DNA of 53,157 nt. Origin: an uncultured Eubacteriales bacterium. GTDB lineage: Bacteria > Bacillota > Clostridia > UMGS1883. Shown piece after piece: positions 40,495-51,822 of this stretch. Position numbers and translations under genes: made by a program. The stretch lies in contig CAJJUC010000001.1 in NCBI GenBank assembly GCA_905195005.1, positions 1-53,157 of the forward strand, in the 5' to 3' direction. The notes below the pieces were generated by a model, which did not search any database, had not been told where the DNA came from, and saw nothing but the letters and a program-made list of their open reading frames with translations. Numbering within the stretch: position 1 is the stretch's first letter; each line of letters opens with the position of its first letter.

Positions 40495-42021
40495 ATGGAA
40501 ATCAATATTAACAACGAAAAGCTCTCGGTATGTCCGGCAGTGTGCCATACAAAAAGCGAATTTAATACCGAGTGCGATATCATCGTGCCCGATTCAAAGC
40601 CTGACATTTCGAGAATACTTCAAATCAGCGCACGGGCAAAGGTAACAAGCTGCGAAACACAGACCGATCGGGTTATATTATCGGGAACAATCTCGTTCAA
40701 CATACTTTATCTTGCCGATAATGAGGAAAAATGCGTTTGCTCCATTGACTCCTCCTGTGTTTTCTCGAATCTGTTTACTCACAGCGGAATAACGGAGGGT
40801 ATGCTTACAATTGCGGATGCGGAGGTTTCAAGTCTGAGCTACGACCTTGCCAACTGCCGCAAGCTGACGGCAAAGGCAGCTTTGTGCGGCTGCCTGAAGG
40901 TTTATGACCGCGGAGAGCTTAACCTGATTTCGTCAATTGACGGGGCGCGCATGCGCAGAACGGAGCTCTCGTCAACCGTTATACGAGCATTTTCGGAGAG
41001 TACGGCGACAGTTACGGACAGCTTTGAGCTTTCGGCAGGCAAAATGAGTATTTCGGAGATTCTCAAGTCTGATGCCGAAATATCGGACAGCGACATAAAA
41101 ATTATTGACGACAAAGCCATAATCAAAGGAACGATAGCCGTTACAACGCTTTACTGCGCGGAGGGAAAGCTTGATTATATCGAAACGGAGCTTCCGTTTG
41201 CACAGGTGATTGACGTCCAGGGTATACGCGGCGACATGATGGTTGACTATACTGCAAAAATTACCGATTTAAGTGTACGTGCGGCGGATGACGCCGTGGG
41301 CGAAAAACGGATACTTGACATTGACGCGGAGCTGTTTTTCCGCGTGACGGCAAAGGAAACCGTGCATTGCAGCGCGGTTACGGACGCATTTATTCCCCGC
41401 GGTGCGCTCAACTGCCAAAGCAGTCCGGTTAGGGTTTCGAGCATTGAGGGAACAGTTCACAACGAAATAAACTTTAAGGAGCTCGTCACGCTTCCGGAAT
41501 CGGCAGCGCCGATTGAAACAGTGTATGAAACTGTGGCACGCCCGTTTGCCGAAAAATGTGAAATAATCGGTGACAAGCTGAAAATATCGGGTTATACCGA
41601 GGTTTATATTCTTTATCTGAGTCACGATGCGCTTTCGCCCGTATACAGTTACAAGGCGGACATTGATTTTTCTGTTGTGACGGACGCGCCCGACTGCACG
41701 CTGACGCCCTCGGCAGAATGCCGTTTGAAGAGCCTGAGTTATGTTATCGGCGGCGAGCGCAGCATTGAGATACGCGGAAGCCTTGCGATAACAACTCAGT
41801 GTATACGCAGCCGCGAAGAAATGATTGTTTCCGATGCGAAGATTGAGGAATATGCGCCGCCGAAGCGCCCGTCGATTATAATTTCCTATGCGTCGGAGGA
41901 TCGCAGCCTTTGGGATATTGCCAAGGAGTACAATGTTGCCGAGGAGGATATTTTAAGCGCAAACGCTCTCGAAAGTGAGGATGCACTTTCTCCGTGCGCC
42001 GCACTGATTATTCCGAAATAA
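40495..42021 (+). CDS. DUF3794-repeat protein with a C-terminal LysM domain
   Basis: The N-terminus ECDIIVPDSKPDISRILQISARAKVTSCETQTDRVILSGTISFNILY is typical of DUF3794. The C-terminal SLWDIAKEYNVAEEDILSANAL is LysM-like. Confidence 0.7.
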   Translation: MEININNEKLSVCPAVCHTKSEFNTECDIIVPDSKPDISRILQISARAKVTSCETQTDRVILSGTISFNILYLADNEEKCVCSIDSSCVFSNLFTHSGITEGMLTIADAEVSSLSYDLANCRKLTAKAALCGCLKVYDRGELNLISSIDGARMRRTELSSTVIRAFSESTATVTDSFELSAGKMSISEILKSDAEISDSDIKIIDDKAIIKGTIAVTTLYCAEGKLDYIETELPFAQVIDVQGIRGDMMVDYTAKITDLSVRAADDAVGEKRILDIDAELFFRVTAKETVHCSAVTDAFIPRGALNCQSSPVRVSSIEGTVHNEINFKELVTLPESAAPIETVYETVARPFAEKCEIIGDKLKISGYTEVYILYLSHDALSPVYSYKADIDFSVVTDAPDCTLTPSAECRLKSLSYVIGGERSIEIRGSLAITTQCIRSREEMIVSDAKIEEYAPPKRPSIIISYASEDRSLWDIAKEYNVAEEDILSANALESEDALSPCAALIIPK

Positions 42022-42053
42022 AAACGAGCTTGATTACGAATATAACATAAAAC

Positions 42054-42093
42054 AAAGGGACGGCAGCAAAGCCACATTTTGCTGCCGTCCCTT
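42054..42093. terminator. bidirectional intrinsic terminator
   Basis: aaagggacggcagcaaa / tttgctgccgtcccttt-type stem with T-rich flanks on both strands. Confidence 0.65.
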
Positions 42094-42103
42094 ATTTGTC
42101 AAG

Positions 42104-42145
42104 AGCCCCGAAGTGCGGCATTTCACCGCGCTTCGGGGCTTTTTA
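42104..42145. terminator. second GC-rich hairpin between convergent genes
   Basis: agccccgaag.gcgg / ccgcgcttcggggct followed by TTTTT on the plus strand. Confidence 0.55.
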
Positions 42146-42176
42146 TGAAACTGAAAAAACGTTTTGCAGTCCCTTT

Positions 42177-42521
42177 TTAGTCGACAAGCTTGATTATAGC
42201 CATCGGAGCGTTGTCTCCGCGGCGAACGCCTGTCTTGAAAATCTGAGTATAACCGCCGTTACGCTCTGCATATTTGGGAGCAAGCTCGTCAAATACTTTC
42301 TTAACAACATCTTCCTTTGTGATGAAGCTAAGCGCCTGTCTTCTTGCATGAAGATCTCCGCGTTTTCCGAGAGTAATCATATTCTCAGCGAGCGGACGAA
42401 CTTCCTTTGCACGAGTTACAGTCGTTTCGATCTTGCCGTTTTCCAAAAGAGCAGTAACCATACCACGCAGCATAGCGATTCTCTGGTCTGTAGGACGACC
42501 GAGCTTTCTTGTTCCGGGCAT
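42177..42521 (-). CDS. rplQ: 50S ribosomal protein L17
   Basis: [34 protein letters not shown]...; last gene of the alpha operon. Confidence 0.95.
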   Translation of the reverse strand: MPGTRKLGRPTDQRIAMLRGMVTALLENGKIETTVTRAKEVRPLAENMITLGKRGDLHARRQALSFITKEDVVKKVFDELAPKYAERNGGYTQIFKTGVRRGDNAPMAIIKLVD

Positions 42522-42569
42522 TGATATTCCTCCTTCAAAACTTCTGATATATCAGTTAACTATAGGTAA

Positions 42570-43526
42570 TCAGTCCTCATCGGGAGCAAATGAAAACCCG
42601 AGAGATTTAAGCTTGTTACAAACCTCATCAAGTGATTTGCGTCCAAGGTTTCTTACCTTCATCATTTCTTCTTCCCTGCGCAGCGTCAGATCTTCAACGG
42701 TGTTGATACCTGCGCGCTTCAGGCAGTTGTAGGAACGAACCGAAAGGTCAAGCTCCTCAATAGTCATATCGAGCATCTTTTCCTTCTTTGTTTCTTCCTT
42801 TTCAACCATTGTTTCTACGTTCATTGCCTCATCCGTGAGCTGGATAAAGAGCATCATGTGATCATTTATAATCTTTGCGGAAAGGCTGATAGCCTCATCC
42901 GCCGTTTTGGTGCCGTTTGTCCAAACCTCAACCGTGAGCTTATCGTAGTCTGTGTTCTGTCCGACACGGGTGTTTTCCACATAGTAGTTCACCTTCTGGA
43001 CAGGAGTATAAATGGAATCCACGGGGATAAGTCCGATAAGGGGCTGAAGTATTGCCTTGTTTTTCTCGGCAGAAACATAACCTCTTCCGCGGTTTATCGT
43101 GATTTCCATATAAAGCTTTGCATCCTCGTTTAACGTTGCAAGATGCAGATCGGGATTAACAATTTCAACATCGCTGTCGGTCTTAATATCGCGCGCGCAA
43201 AGCTCGCCCGCGCCCTCAGCTTCGATGTAAACGGTTTTCGGACCGTCGGAATAAAGCTTTATTATAACCTGCTTGATGTTTAAAACAATCTCGCTGACAT
43301 CTTCCTTAACGCCGGGGATCGTGGAGAATTCATGCTGAACATTTTCAATCTTAATTGAAGATATTGCCGCTCCCTCCAAGGAGGAGAGCATCATTCTGCG
43401 CAGGGAGTTCCCGAGAGTTGTCCCGTAACCGCGCTGAAGCGGCGCAACGGTATATTTACCGTAAGAACCATCCTCGCTGAGTTCCACACGTTCAACACGA
43501 GGCTTTTCAAATCTTAAATCAGTCAT
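42570..43526 (-). CDS. rpoA: DNA-directed RNA polymerase subunit alpha
   Basis: ORF 42570-43544 trimmed to ATG 43526 (GGGAGGG RBS). [24 protein letters not shown], and a C-terminal domain with [17 protein letters not shown]. Confidence 0.95.
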   Translation of the reverse strand: MTDLRFEKPRVERVELSEDGSYGKYTVAPLQRGYGTTLGNSLRRMMLSSLEGAAISSIKIENVQHEFSTIPGVKEDVSEIVLNIKQVIIKLYSDGPKTVYIEAEGAGELCARDIKTDSDVEIVNPDLHLATLNEDAKLYMEITINRGRGYVSAEKNKAILQPLIGLIPVDSIYTPVQKVNYYVENTRVGQNTDYDKLTVEVWTNGTKTADEAISLSAKIINDHMMLFIQLTDEAMNVETMVEKEETKKEKMLDMTIEELDLSVRSYNCLKRAGINTVEDLTLRREEEMMKVRNLGRKSLDEVCNKLKSLGFSFAPDED

Positions 43527-43613
43527 TATATAAAACCCTCCCACTTATTTATTTATGAATAAAATACCCGAGGGTAAGCAAAGAAAGGCGAAAGCCCTCT
43601 TTGCTCATTTGTG

Positions 43614-44240
43614 TTACCTGGAGTACAACTCGACAATAAGTGTTTCGTTAACCTCGTAGTCAATATCTTCACGCTTTGCAAGGTTGAGAACCTTTACCGA
43701 GTGTGCATTGGAATCGAGGTCAAGCCAAGCGGGGATATTTTTGCCTTCCGTTGACTCGAGCACAGCCTTCATCTTTGCCTGACCGAGACTCTTTTCCGTA
43801 ACAGCGATAACATCGCCCTCTTTAATAAGATATGAGGGGATATTAACTTTCTTGCCGTTTACAGTGAAATGACCGTGTCTTACAAGCTGACGTGCTTCCG
43901 CACGGCTCAGCGCAAAGCCTGCTCTGTAGCAAACGTTGTCAAGGCGGCTTTCGCAAATTGTAAGAAGGTTTTCACCGACGATACCGCTCTTGTTGGAAGC
44001 AAGCTCGAAGTATGTTCTGAACTGGCTCTCCAAAACGCCGTAGTAACGCTTTACTTTCTGCTTTTCGCGCATCTGAAGACCGTATTCGGAAACCTTCTTT
44101 CTGCCCTGACCGTGCTGACCGGGAGCATACTCGCGCCTTGCGATTGCGCATTTATCGGAATAACATCTTTCGCCCTTCAAAAAGAGCTTCTGACCTTCGC
44201 GGCGGCAAAGTCTGCACACCGCATCTGTATATCTTGCCAT
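43614..44240 (-). CDS. rpsD: 30S ribosomal protein S4
   Basis: [26 protein letters not shown]..., 208 aa. Confidence 0.95.
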   Translation of the reverse strand: MARYTDAVCRLCRREGQKLFLKGERCYSDKCAIARREYAPGQHGQGRKKVSEYGLQMREKQKVKRYYGVLESQFRTYFELASNKSGIVGENLLTICESRLDNVCYRAGFALSRAEARQLVRHGHFTVNGKKVNIPSYLIKEGDVIAVTEKSLGQAKMKAVLESTEGKNIPAWLDLDSNAHSVKVLNLAKREDIDYEVNETLIVELYSR

Positions 44241-44258
44241 ATTATCTCTGCACCTCCA

Positions 44259-44654
44259 TCACACTCTTCTTCTTTTGGGCGGACGGCAGCCGTTATGGGG
44301 AATGGGGGTAACGTCTTTAATAAGGCTTACCTCAAGACCTGCTGCCTGAAGGGCACGGATTGCGGCTTCACGGCCGGCACCGGGTCCTTTAACGAAAACT
44401 TCAACAGTTTTCAGACCGTGTTCCATAGCTGCCTTTGCAGCTGTTTCTGCTGCCATCTGCGCAGCAAATGGAGTGCTCTTTTTAGAACCGCGGAAGCCAA
44501 GGCCGCCTGCGCTTGCCCAGGAAAGAGCATTACCGTTTACATCTGTCATCGTAACGATGGTGTTGTTAAAGGTGCTGCGGATATGAGCTGCACCGCGCTC
44601 GATATTTTTGCGTTCCTTCTTTTTACGAGCTACTCTTTTTACAGTTTTAGCCAT
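44259..44654 (-). CDS. rpsK: 30S ribosomal protein S11
   Basis: [32 protein letters not shown]. Confidence 0.95.
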   Translation of the reverse strand: MAKTVKRVARKKKERKNIERGAAHIRSTFNNTIVTMTDVNGNALSWASAGGLGFRGSKKSTPFAAQMAAETAAKAAMEHGLKTVEVFVKGPGAGREAAIRALQAAGLEVSLIKDVTPIPHNGCRPPKRRRV

Positions 44655-44666
44655 ACTCTCTCCTCC

Positions 44667-45035
44667 TTACTTCTTCTTATTTGCAATAGTGCGCTTCGGA
44701 CCCTTGCGGGTTCTTGCGTTTGTCTTTGTTCTCTGACCTCTTACGGGAAGTCCGCGTCTGTGACGGATACCTCTGTAAGAGCCGATTTCGGTCAGACGCT
44801 TAATGTTAAGCGCAACCTCACGGCGAAGGTCACCTTCAACGGTATATTCATGATCTATCGCGTCTCTTATCTTTGCAACCTCATCCTCTGTGAGATCCTT
44901 AACTCTTGTGTCGGGATTGATTCCCGTAGCCTTAAGAATCTTGGTTGCGCTTGTTCTGCCGATTCCGTAAACATATGTGAGACCTATCTCAACACGTTTT
45001 TCACGGGGCAGATCAACACCGGCTATTCTCGCCAT
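44667..45035 (-). CDS. rpsM: 30S ribosomal protein S13
   Basis: [26 protein letters not shown]... Confidence 0.95.
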   Translation of the reverse strand: MARIAGVDLPREKRVEIGLTYVYGIGRTSATKILKATGINPDTRVKDLTEDEVAKIRDAIDHEYTVEGDLRREVALNIKRLTEIGSYRGIRHRRGLPVRGQRTKTNARTRKGPKRTIANKKK

Positions 45036-45153
45036 CTGTTAATACACCTCCAAAAATTAATGAAACAAACTTCTATTGGAATAGGGTAATTAATCATGCG
45101 TTCCGGGCAACCGCACAAAGCGGCTTCAGCCGCGCCCGCAAACGGACTATAAA

Positions 45154-45297
<144 letters not shown>

Positions 45298-45516
45298 TTA
45301 TTTTGCCCGCCAGGTAATCCTTCCGCGGGTGAGGTCGTATGGAGAAAGCTCCACAGTAACCTTGTCTCCGGGCAAAATTCTAATAAAGTTCATCCTCAAC
45401 TTGCCTGATATGTGTGCCAGGATCTGATGTCCGTTATCAAGCTCCACCTGAAACATTGCGTTTGGCAAAGCTTCAAGCACGGTACCTTCAAGCTCCAATA
45501 CATCTTCTTTAGCCAA
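45298..45516 (-). CDS. infA: translation initiation factor IF-1
   Basis: TTG start 8 nt after [45 protein letters not shown]. Confidence 0.95.
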   Translation of the reverse strand: MAKEDVLELEGTVLEALPNAMFQVELDNGHQILAHISGKLRMNFIRILPGDKVTVELSPYDLTRGRITWRAK

Positions 45517-45769
45517 GGCAACAACCTCCTTTTTTTTGCGAGCATTTAAGCTCCTTCAATATGTGGGCATCGTAAAGCGGCTCATATTTGGAAAGCTCCG
45601 CATAATCGCCTGTATCTTTAAGATGCTTTTGCTTTTTCTTTTTCGGCTTTTCGAGCGTATGATGTCTGCCGTCAGCCACGAATGCATAACCGTCCCTGAA
45701 ATCAAGAACAATATAAAGTCTGCCGTTATCGTGCCCGGCAAGCGACCGCACTACCGTTCCTCTGTGCAT
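45509..45769 (-). CDS. KOW-domain small RNA-binding protein (YbzG-like), typical between map and infA in Firmicutes
   Basis: [24 protein letters not shown]...; overlaps infA by 8 nt. Confidence 0.7.
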   Translation of the reverse strand: MHRGTVVRSLAGHDNGRLYIVLDFRDGYAFVADGRHHTLEKPKKKKQKHLKDTGDYAELSKYEPLYDAHILKELKCSQKKGGCCLG

Positions 45770-45778
45770 TTTACCACC

Positions 45779-46528
45779 CTACAGCGTTAAAAATATCGGT
45801 TCACCGTCCGTTATAAGAACGGTGTTTTCATAGTGCGCAGAAAGCTTTCTGTCACGCGTCCTTACGGTCCAGCCGTCGGCGCGGTCAAAGTCAACCTCCT
45901 TGCAGCCCATGTTAATCATCGGCTCAATCGCAATCACCATTCCCGCTGTAAGCCTTATGCCGTGACCCGCTTTTCCGAAGTTCGGCACATCGGGATCCTC
46001 GTGAAGATTTTTTCCGACGCCGTGCCCGACAAGCTCGCGCACAACGCCGTAGCCGTTTTCCTCGGCAAGAGTCTGAACGGCGCTTCCGATGTCTCCTATT
46101 CTGTTGCCGTGAACCGCCTGTGCGGCACCGCGGAAAAAACATTCCTTGGTCACATCAATAAGCTTTTGCGCTTCCGATGAAATATTTCCTACCGGAAAGG
46201 TTCGTGCCGCGTCACCATGGTAGCCGTCAAGGCACGCACCTATGTCAACGCTTACTATATCGCCCTCATGCAGCACCGTTTTTGCTGACGGGATACCGTG
46301 CACAACAATGCAGTTCGGGGATATGCAGCTTGCAGCCGGGAATCCGTTGTAATTTTTAAACGACGGACGCGCACCGTATTTCGTGATGCACTTTTCAATA
46401 GTGTGATTAAGCTCACTCGTTGTCATACCGGGAGCAACATGCTCACCGGCAGTCTGCAGTGCTTCACGAACGATTTTTCCGGCCTCTTTCATTTTATCAA
46501 TTTCCGGTTTTGTTTTGATAATAATCAT
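45779..46528 (-). CDS. map: type I methionine aminopeptidase
   Basis: VVHGIPS, DIVSVDIGA, HGVGKNLHE, IEPMIN are the metal-ligand blocks. Confidence 0.95.
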   Translation of the reverse strand: MIIIKTKPEIDKMKEAGKIVREALQTAGEHVAPGMTTSELNHTIEKCITKYGARPSFKNYNGFPAASCISPNCIVVHGIPSAKTVLHEGDIVSVDIGACLDGYHGDAARTFPVGNISSEAQKLIDVTKECFFRGAAQAVHGNRIGDIGSAVQTLAEENGYGVVRELVGHGVGKNLHEDPDVPNFGKAGHGIRLTAGMVIAIEPMINMGCKEVDFDRADGWTVRTRDRKLSAHYENTVLITDGEPIFLTL

Positions 46529-47166
46529 TGACCGTCTACTCCCAGCGCCTTATACACCTCAGCCGTTGTTTCCTCAATGGTATCCCGGCCGGGAATGTCC
46601 TTAAGCAGATTCAGATTTCTGTAGAAGCCTATAAGCGGCTCTGTCTGCTTATGATAAACGGCAAGTCTTTCGCGGATAGTATCGGGATTATCATCCGAGC
46701 GCATTATCAGCTCGCCGCCGCATTTATCACACTTGCCCTCAACCTTCGGAGGGTTGTACTTTATATGATACGGCGCTGCACACTGCTTGCACTCACGTCT
46801 GCCCGAAAGGCGGTCAATTATCTGCTCATCCGTTGCAAGCAGATTGAGCACGCAGTCGAGCTTAATCCCGATTCCGTCCATTGACTGCGCCTGCACAAGT
46901 GTGCGCGGAAAGCCGTCAAGGATATATCCGTTTTTGCAATCGTCCTCCGCAAGGCGATGCGACACCATACCGATAACAACATCATCGGGAACGAGCTGTC
47001 CGTCATCGATATACTGCTTTGCCGCCTTGCCGAGTTCTGTTTGATTTCTGATTGCATTTCTGATTATTGCTCCCGTTGAGATATGCGGAACGGAAAGCTT
47101 TTTGCTGATTATCTCAGCCTGCGTTCCTTTGCCGCCTCCGGGAGGTCCCATTATTGTTATTTTCAT
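46525..47166 (-). CDS. adk: adenylate kinase (Cys4 zinc lid form)
   Basis: IMGPPGGGKGTQA P-loop; lid CKQCAAPYH...CDKCGGEL. Confidence 0.95.
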   Translation of the reverse strand: MKITIMGPPGGGKGTQAEIISKKLSVPHISTGAIIRNAIRNQTELGKAAKQYIDDGQLVPDDVVIGMVSHRLAEDDCKNGYILDGFPRTLVQAQSMDGIGIKLDCVLNLLATDEQIIDRLSGRRECKQCAAPYHIKYNPPKVEGKCDKCGGELIMRSDDNPDTIRERLAVYHKQTEPLIGFYRNLNLLKDIPGRDTIEETTAEVYKALGVDGQ

Positions 47167-47210
47167 TACAAACCCTTCTTTCAGGAAGTCACCGCTTCCC
47201 TTAGGTTTCC

Positions 47211-48512
47211 TTATTCCAGGAAGCCCTTGTAGTGACGCATAATCATCTGGCTTTCAACCTCGCGCACTGTTTCAAGAGCAACGCCGACTACGATGAGAAG
47301 GCTTGTTCCCGTAAGAGAAAGCGCCGAAATGTTTGCCGTGAGATACTGCGAAAATACCTGAGTCAAAACAATGGGAAGCACTGCGATAAATCCGAGGAAT
47401 ATAGCACCGATGAAGGTGATTCTTCCGAGAACCTTCGCAATATATTCTGTCGTGGGTCTTCCGGGACGGATACCCGGAATCATACCGTTATTGCTCTTAA
47501 TGTTGTTCGAAACCTCAATCGGGTTGAACGTGATTGAAGTATAGAAGTACGTGAAGCCCACAATCAGCAGAAAGTACAGTATCGGATAGATAGGACCGCT
47601 TGTGATAAAGTTTGTAATCCTGACAAGAATACCGTCCGTCTTACCGAAAAGCTGTGCAAGCGTTCCGGGGAAAGACATAATGCTCATCGCAAAGATAATC
47701 GGAATAACTCCGCCCATTGCAACCTTTATCGGAATGTTGGAGCTCTGTCCGCCGTACATCTTTCTTCCCACAACGCGCTTTGCGTACTGAACGGGGATTC
47801 TGCGTTCCGCTTCGTTAACAAGAACAACGAACATGATTGAAGCAATGGAATAAATCAGGAGAATTATAAGCATATACCACTTGCCCGTGGGAACAAATCC
47901 CTTCCATGCTGTCTGCATCATTGTGGGGATGCGGCTTACGATACCTGCAAAGATAAGCATTGAGATACCGTTTCCGATTCCTTTTCCTGTGATTTCTTCA
48001 CCCAGCCACATAAGAAACGCCGTACCTGCCGTGAAAGCAAGAATAATCGTGAATCCTACAAGCGCCTTCGGAACACCCGGAACCGTCATGATAGCGCCCT
48101 GGTTGTGCAGCGTTACGAACAGACCGTAGGCCTGAAGCGCTGCAAGAGCAACAGTAACATAACGTGTAATTTTTGTAATTTTCTTTCTGCCTTCCTCGCC
48201 TTCCTTGCTCATTCTTTCAAGAGCAGGAATAGCTACGCACAAAAGCTGCATGATAATGGAGCTGTTGATGTAGGGCGAGATTGACATTGCAAAGATTGTA
48301 GCCTGTGAGAACGCGCCGCCCGAAAATGTGTCAAGCAAATCGAAAAGCGTGCTGCCCTGAGCGCCGTTGAGCCAGGTCTGCAAAACACCCGTATCAATCC
48401 ACGGAACGGGAATAACGCTTCCGAAACGGAATACAATCAAAAGGAATACTGTGTATATGATTTTTCTTCTTAAATCAGGGATCTTCCATGCATTACGTAA
48501 AGTTTGCAGCAT
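47211..48512 (-). CDS. secY: preprotein translocase subunit SecY
   Basis: 433 aa, 10 TM segments, GISPYINSSIIMQLL-type block (MSISPYINSSIIMQLL). Confidence 0.95.
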   Translation of the reverse strand: MLQTLRNAWKIPDLRRKIIYTVFLLIVFRFGSVIPVPWIDTGVLQTWLNGAQGSTLFDLLDTFSGGAFSQATIFAMSISPYINSSIIMQLLCVAIPALERMSKEGEEGRKKITKITRYVTVALAALQAYGLFVTLHNQGAIMTVPGVPKALVGFTIILAFTAGTAFLMWLGEEITGKGIGNGISMLIFAGIVSRIPTMMQTAWKGFVPTGKWYMLIILLIYSIASIMFVVLVNEAERRIPVQYAKRVVGRKMYGGQSSNIPIKVAMGGVIPIIFAMSIMSFPGTLAQLFGKTDGILVRITNFITSGPIYPILYFLLIVGFTYFYTSITFNPIEVSNNIKSNNGMIPGIRPGRPTTEYIAKVLGRITFIGAIFLGFIAVLPIVLTQVFSQYLTANISALSLTGTSLLIVVGVALETVREVESQMIMRHYKGFLE

Positions 48513-48513
48513 T

Positions 48514-48954
48514 TTAGATCACCTCCACCTTGCCACCGGCAGCCTCAATCTTCTGTGCAGCGCCCTTTGTTACACGCGCTGCCTTAACTGTTACCTTCTT
48601 CTCGATTTCACCGCGGCCCAATACAACTACGCCATCAAGAATTTTCGAGATAACACCCGATTCCTTAAGAAGATTAGCGTCTACAACAGTGCCATCCTCA
48701 AATTTATTAAGCTGAGAAACATTGATTTCCGTGTATTTCTTAGCAAAAATATTGTTGAAACCTCTTTTGGGCAGACGTCTGTATAAAGGCATCTGTCCGC
48801 CTTCAAAGCCGGGTCTTACACCGCCGCCGCTGCGCGCCTTCTGACCCTTGTGACCGCGGCCGGCCGTTTTACCGTTACCGCTGCCTGCGCCTCTGCCTTT
48901 TCTTTTGCCGACAGTTTTGCTGCCCGGTACGGGACTAAGCTCATTAAGTTTCAT
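48514..48954 (-). CDS. rplO: 50S ribosomal protein L15
   Basis: [44 protein letters not shown]. Confidence 0.95.
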   Translation of the reverse strand: MKLNELSPVPGSKTVGKRKGRGAGSGNGKTAGRGHKGQKARSGGGVRPGFEGGQMPLYRRLPKRGFNNIFAKKYTEINVSQLNKFEDGTVVDANLLKESGVISKILDGVVVLGRGEIEKKVTVKAARVTKGAAQKIEAAGGKVEVI

Positions 48955-48974
48955 TTTGCCACACCTCCTTAATG

Positions 48975-49154
48975 TTAGATTTCTTCATATTTTACAAGGT
49001 GACTTACCTTGTTGATCATCCCTCTTATCTGAGGATTATCCTCGTGCTCTTTTACATCGCGGATTTTTTTAAGACCGAGAGCCTCAACTGTAGCGATCTG
49101 ATCTTTTTTTGATCCGATAACGCTTTTTACAAGAGTTATTTTAAGCTTTGCCAC
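48975..49154 (-). CDS. rpmD: 50S ribosomal protein L30 (59 aa, GTG start); absent from the ORF track
   Basis: Hand translation gives (M)[68 protein letters not shown]. Confidence 0.85.
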   Translation of the reverse strand: MAKLKITLVKSVIGSKKDQIATVEALGLKKIRDVKEHEDNPQIRGMINKVSHLVKYEEI

Positions 49155-49168
49155 TTTTATTCTCCTCC

Positions 49169-49666
49169 TTACAGTTCTTCTACAGCCTTACCTCTGAGAC
49201 GGGCAACCTGCTCGGCGCTCTTGAGAGAAGCAAGACCTTCGATAGTAGCTCTTACAACATTTCTGGGGTTATTCGAACGAAGGCACTTTGTTCTGATATC
49301 CTTGATACCGCAAAGCTCTACAACGGCTCTTACTGCGCCGCCGGCGATAACGCCTGTACCTTCTTTAGCCGGCATGAGAAGAACTCTTCCCGCACCGAAC
49401 TCACCAATCATTTCGTGAGGAATAGTTGAACCTGCCAAAGGAACAGAAACCATGTTCTTCTTAGCGTCCTCTATACCTTTTCTGATTGCATCCGGAACCT
49501 CGGCTGCTTTACCCAGACCGTAGCCAACCTTGCCGTTCTCGTCACCGACAACAACAAGTGCGCTGAAGCGGAATGTACGACCGCCCTTTACAACCTTTGC
49601 TACACGGCTGATATGAACAACCTTTTCTTTAATATCCAGTGTTGATGCGTCAATACGCTCTGACAT
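49169..49666 (-). CDS. rpsE: 30S ribosomal protein S5
   Basis: [28 protein letters not shown]. Confidence 0.95.
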   Translation of the reverse strand: MSERIDASTLDIKEKVVHISRVAKVVKGGRTFRFSALVVVGDENGKVGYGLGKAAEVPDAIRKGIEDAKKNMVSVPLAGSTIPHEMIGEFGAGRVLLMPAKEGTGVIAGGAVRAVVELCGIKDIRTKCLRSNNPRNVVRATIEGLASLKSAEQVARLRGKAVEEL

Positions 49667-49682
49667 AATCTCCCTCCTTCTC

Positions 49683-50039
49683 TTAAAACTTCAGACCGCC
49701 TTCACGGGCGCCTGCTGCAAGCTCAGCAACTCTGCCGTGGTAAATATAACCTCCGCGGTCGAAAACCACTTCGTTAATACCTGCGGCAGCAGCTTTCTGA
49801 GCTACCAATTTACCGACTTCCTTAGCCGCTTCCTTGTTTCCGCCGTAAGTTTCCTTAAGCTCGAGACTTGAAGCGGATACCAGGGTTACACCTTTTTCAT
49901 CATCGATGATCTGTGCATATATATTGTTAAGGCTTCTGAAAACATTAAGACGTGGACGTGCTGCCGTGCCGCTGATGTAATTACGGATACGGCCGTGTCT
50001 CTTAAGTCTTGCCTTATTACTGTTAGGCTTACTAACCAT
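49683..50039 (-). CDS. rplR: 50S ribosomal protein L18
   Basis: [33 protein letters not shown]. Confidence 0.95.
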   Translation of the reverse strand: MVSKPNSNKARLKRHGRIRNYISGTAARPRLNVFRSLNNIYAQIIDDEKGVTLVSASSLELKETYGGNKEAAKEVGKLVAQKAAAAGINEVVFDRGGYIYHGRVAELAAGAREGGLKF

Positions 50040-50057
50040 CTCGCGTTATCTCCTCTC

Positions 50058-50603
50058 TTACTTAGACTTACCGGCTTTACCTTCCTTGCGGATGATACGC
50101 TCGGAAACGTATTTGATACCCTTACCCTTGTAAGGCTCCGGCGGACGCTTTTCTCTGATTTCCGCAGCATACTGACCGACAGCCTGCTTGTCAGCACCGG
50201 AAACGATTACTGAGTTGGGGTTCGGAACCTCAACCGTGATTCCCTCGGGAGCTGTCATTTCAACAGTATGTGAGTAACCAAGGTTCATAACGAGCGTCTT
50301 GCCCTGCATCTGAGCACGGTAACCGACGCCGTTGATTTCAAGCTCTTTCTTAAAGCCGTCCGTAACGCCTTCAACCATGTTGTGAAGAAGGCTTCTTGTA
50401 AGACCGTGAAGAGCCTTGTGCTTTTTATCCTCGCTCGGACGCTTAACCTCAATAACGCCTGCGTCCTGTGTTATAATCATATCACCGTGGAGCTGTTTCT
50501 CCAGCGTACCCTTAGGTCCCTTTACCGTAACGTAATTTCCGTCGGCAACGGTAACGGTTACTCCTGCGGGAACGGTGATAGGCATTCTTCCGATTCTAGA
50601 CAT
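50058..50603 (-). CDS. rplF: 50S ribosomal protein L6
   Basis: MSRIGRMPITVPAGVTVTV...; two L6 repeats. Confidence 0.95.
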   Translation of the reverse strand: MSRIGRMPITVPAGVTVTVADGNYVTVKGPKGTLEKQLHGDMIITQDAGVIEVKRPSEDKKHKALHGLTRSLLHNMVEGVTDGFKKELEINGVGYRAQMQGKTLVMNLGYSHTVEMTAPEGITVEVPNPNSVIVSGADKQAVGQYAAEIREKRPPEPYKGKGIKYVSERIIRKEGKAGKSK

Positions 50604-50629
50604 TTTTTCACCACCTAAAATTTAAAATA

Positions 50630-51028
50630 TTACCAAACAAATGCAAGCACTTCGCCGCCAACCTTCTCGGCTCTTGCTTTCTTATCAGTCATAACGCCCT
50701 TTGACGTCGATACGATTGCTATTCCGAGGCCCTTGAGAACTCTGGGAAGCTCTTCTCTGCCGGCGTAAACTCTGAGACCGGGCTTTGAAACTCTCTGAAT
50801 TCCCGAAATAACCTTTTCTTTATTTGCACCGTACTTGAGGGTGATGTGAATCATGCCCTGTTTTCCGTCATCTACGAGCTCATAGCTTTTGATGTAGCCT
50901 TCCTCAAGAAGAATGTCTGCTATCGACTTCTTCATGTTGGAAACGGGAACATCAACTGTTTCATGCTTCGCTGAGTTTGCGTTACGGATTCTTGTAAGCA
51001 TATCAGCGATAGGATCTGTGATTTGCAT
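50630..51028 (-). CDS. rpsH: 30S ribosomal protein S8
   Basis: [25 protein letters not shown]. Confidence 0.95.
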   Translation of the reverse strand: MQITDPIADMLTRIRNANSAKHETVDVPVSNMKKSIADILLEEGYIKSYELVDDGKQGMIHITLKYGANKEKVISGIQRVSKPGLRVYAGREELPRVLKGLGIAIVSTSKGVMTDKKARAEKVGGEVLAFVW

Positions 51029-51057
51029 GAGTAAACCTCCTTTTCCAAAGCTTTATT

Positions 51058-51243
51058 TTACCAGCTTGCCTTCTTAACGCCGGGAATCTGACCCTTGTAT
51101 GCAAGCTCTCTGAAGCAGATACGGCAGATACCGTACTTTCTCAAATAACCGTGAGGTCTTCCGCAGATCTTGCATCTGTTATAGGCTCTTGTGCTAAACT
51201 TAGGTGTTTTCTGCTGTTTTAAAACCATTGATTTTTTAGCCAT
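51058..51243 (-). CDS. rpsN: 30S ribosomal protein S14, type Z (61 aa, zinc form)
   Basis: [61 protein letters not shown]. Confidence 0.95.
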   Translation of the reverse strand: MAKKSMVLKQQKTPKFSTRAYNRCKICGRPHGYLRKYGICRICFRELAYKGQIPGVKKASW

Positions 51244-51260
51244 CTTTAACTACCTCCCCT

Positions 51261-51803
51261 TTAGCTTCTGGCAAAGGGCGCACCGAGGAGCGTCAGCAGC
51301 TCGCGGCCCTCTTCGTCTGTTTTTGCTGTGGTAACAAAGATAATGTCCATACCTCTGATTTTATCGATTTTATCATATTCGATTTCGGGGAATATGAGCT
51401 GCTCTTTGATACCGAGAGAGTAATTACCTCTACCGTCGAACGCGTTGGGGTTAATTCCTCTGAAGTCTCTAACGCGGGGAAGCGCTACGTTAAAGAGTCT
51501 GTCTATAAACTCATACATCTTTTCGCCACGGAGTGTTACCTTGACGCCGATGCTCATGCCTTGTCTTAATTTAAAGTTAGCAACTGATTTCTTCGCCTTT
51601 GTTACAACAGGCTTCTGACCTGTGATCTGTGAAAGGTCGCTCAGTGCCGCATCAATAGCCTTTGGGTTGTCCTTTGCTTCTCCAAGGCCGATATTGATTA
51701 CAATCTTATCCATCTTCGGAATCTGCATCGTGCTCTTATAAGCAAATTTCTTAAAAAGCGCCGGTGCAACTTCCTCGGTGTAAAGCTTCTTTATTGTTGA
51801 CAA
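51261..51803 (-). CDS. rplE: 50S ribosomal protein L5
   Basis: 180 aa; [36 protein letters not shown]. Confidence 0.95.
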   Translation of the reverse strand: MSTIKKLYTEEVAPALFKKFAYKSTMQIPKMDKIVINIGLGEAKDNPKAIDAALSDLSQITGQKPVVTKAKKSVANFKLRQGMSIGVKVTLRGEKMYEFIDRLFNVALPRVRDFRGINPNAFDGRGNYSLGIKEQLIFPEIEYDKIDKIRGMDIIFVTTAKTDEEGRELLTLLGAPFARS

Positions 51804-51822
51804 TGCACTTACCTCCTTTCAA

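Noticed and set aside
43869-45089. 406-aa plus-strand ORF across rpsD-rpsK-rpsM
   Set aside because: It spans three ribosomal genes and their intergenic gaps on the opposite strand. It is Cys/Ser/Leu-rich with no start context, so I treat it as an artefact.
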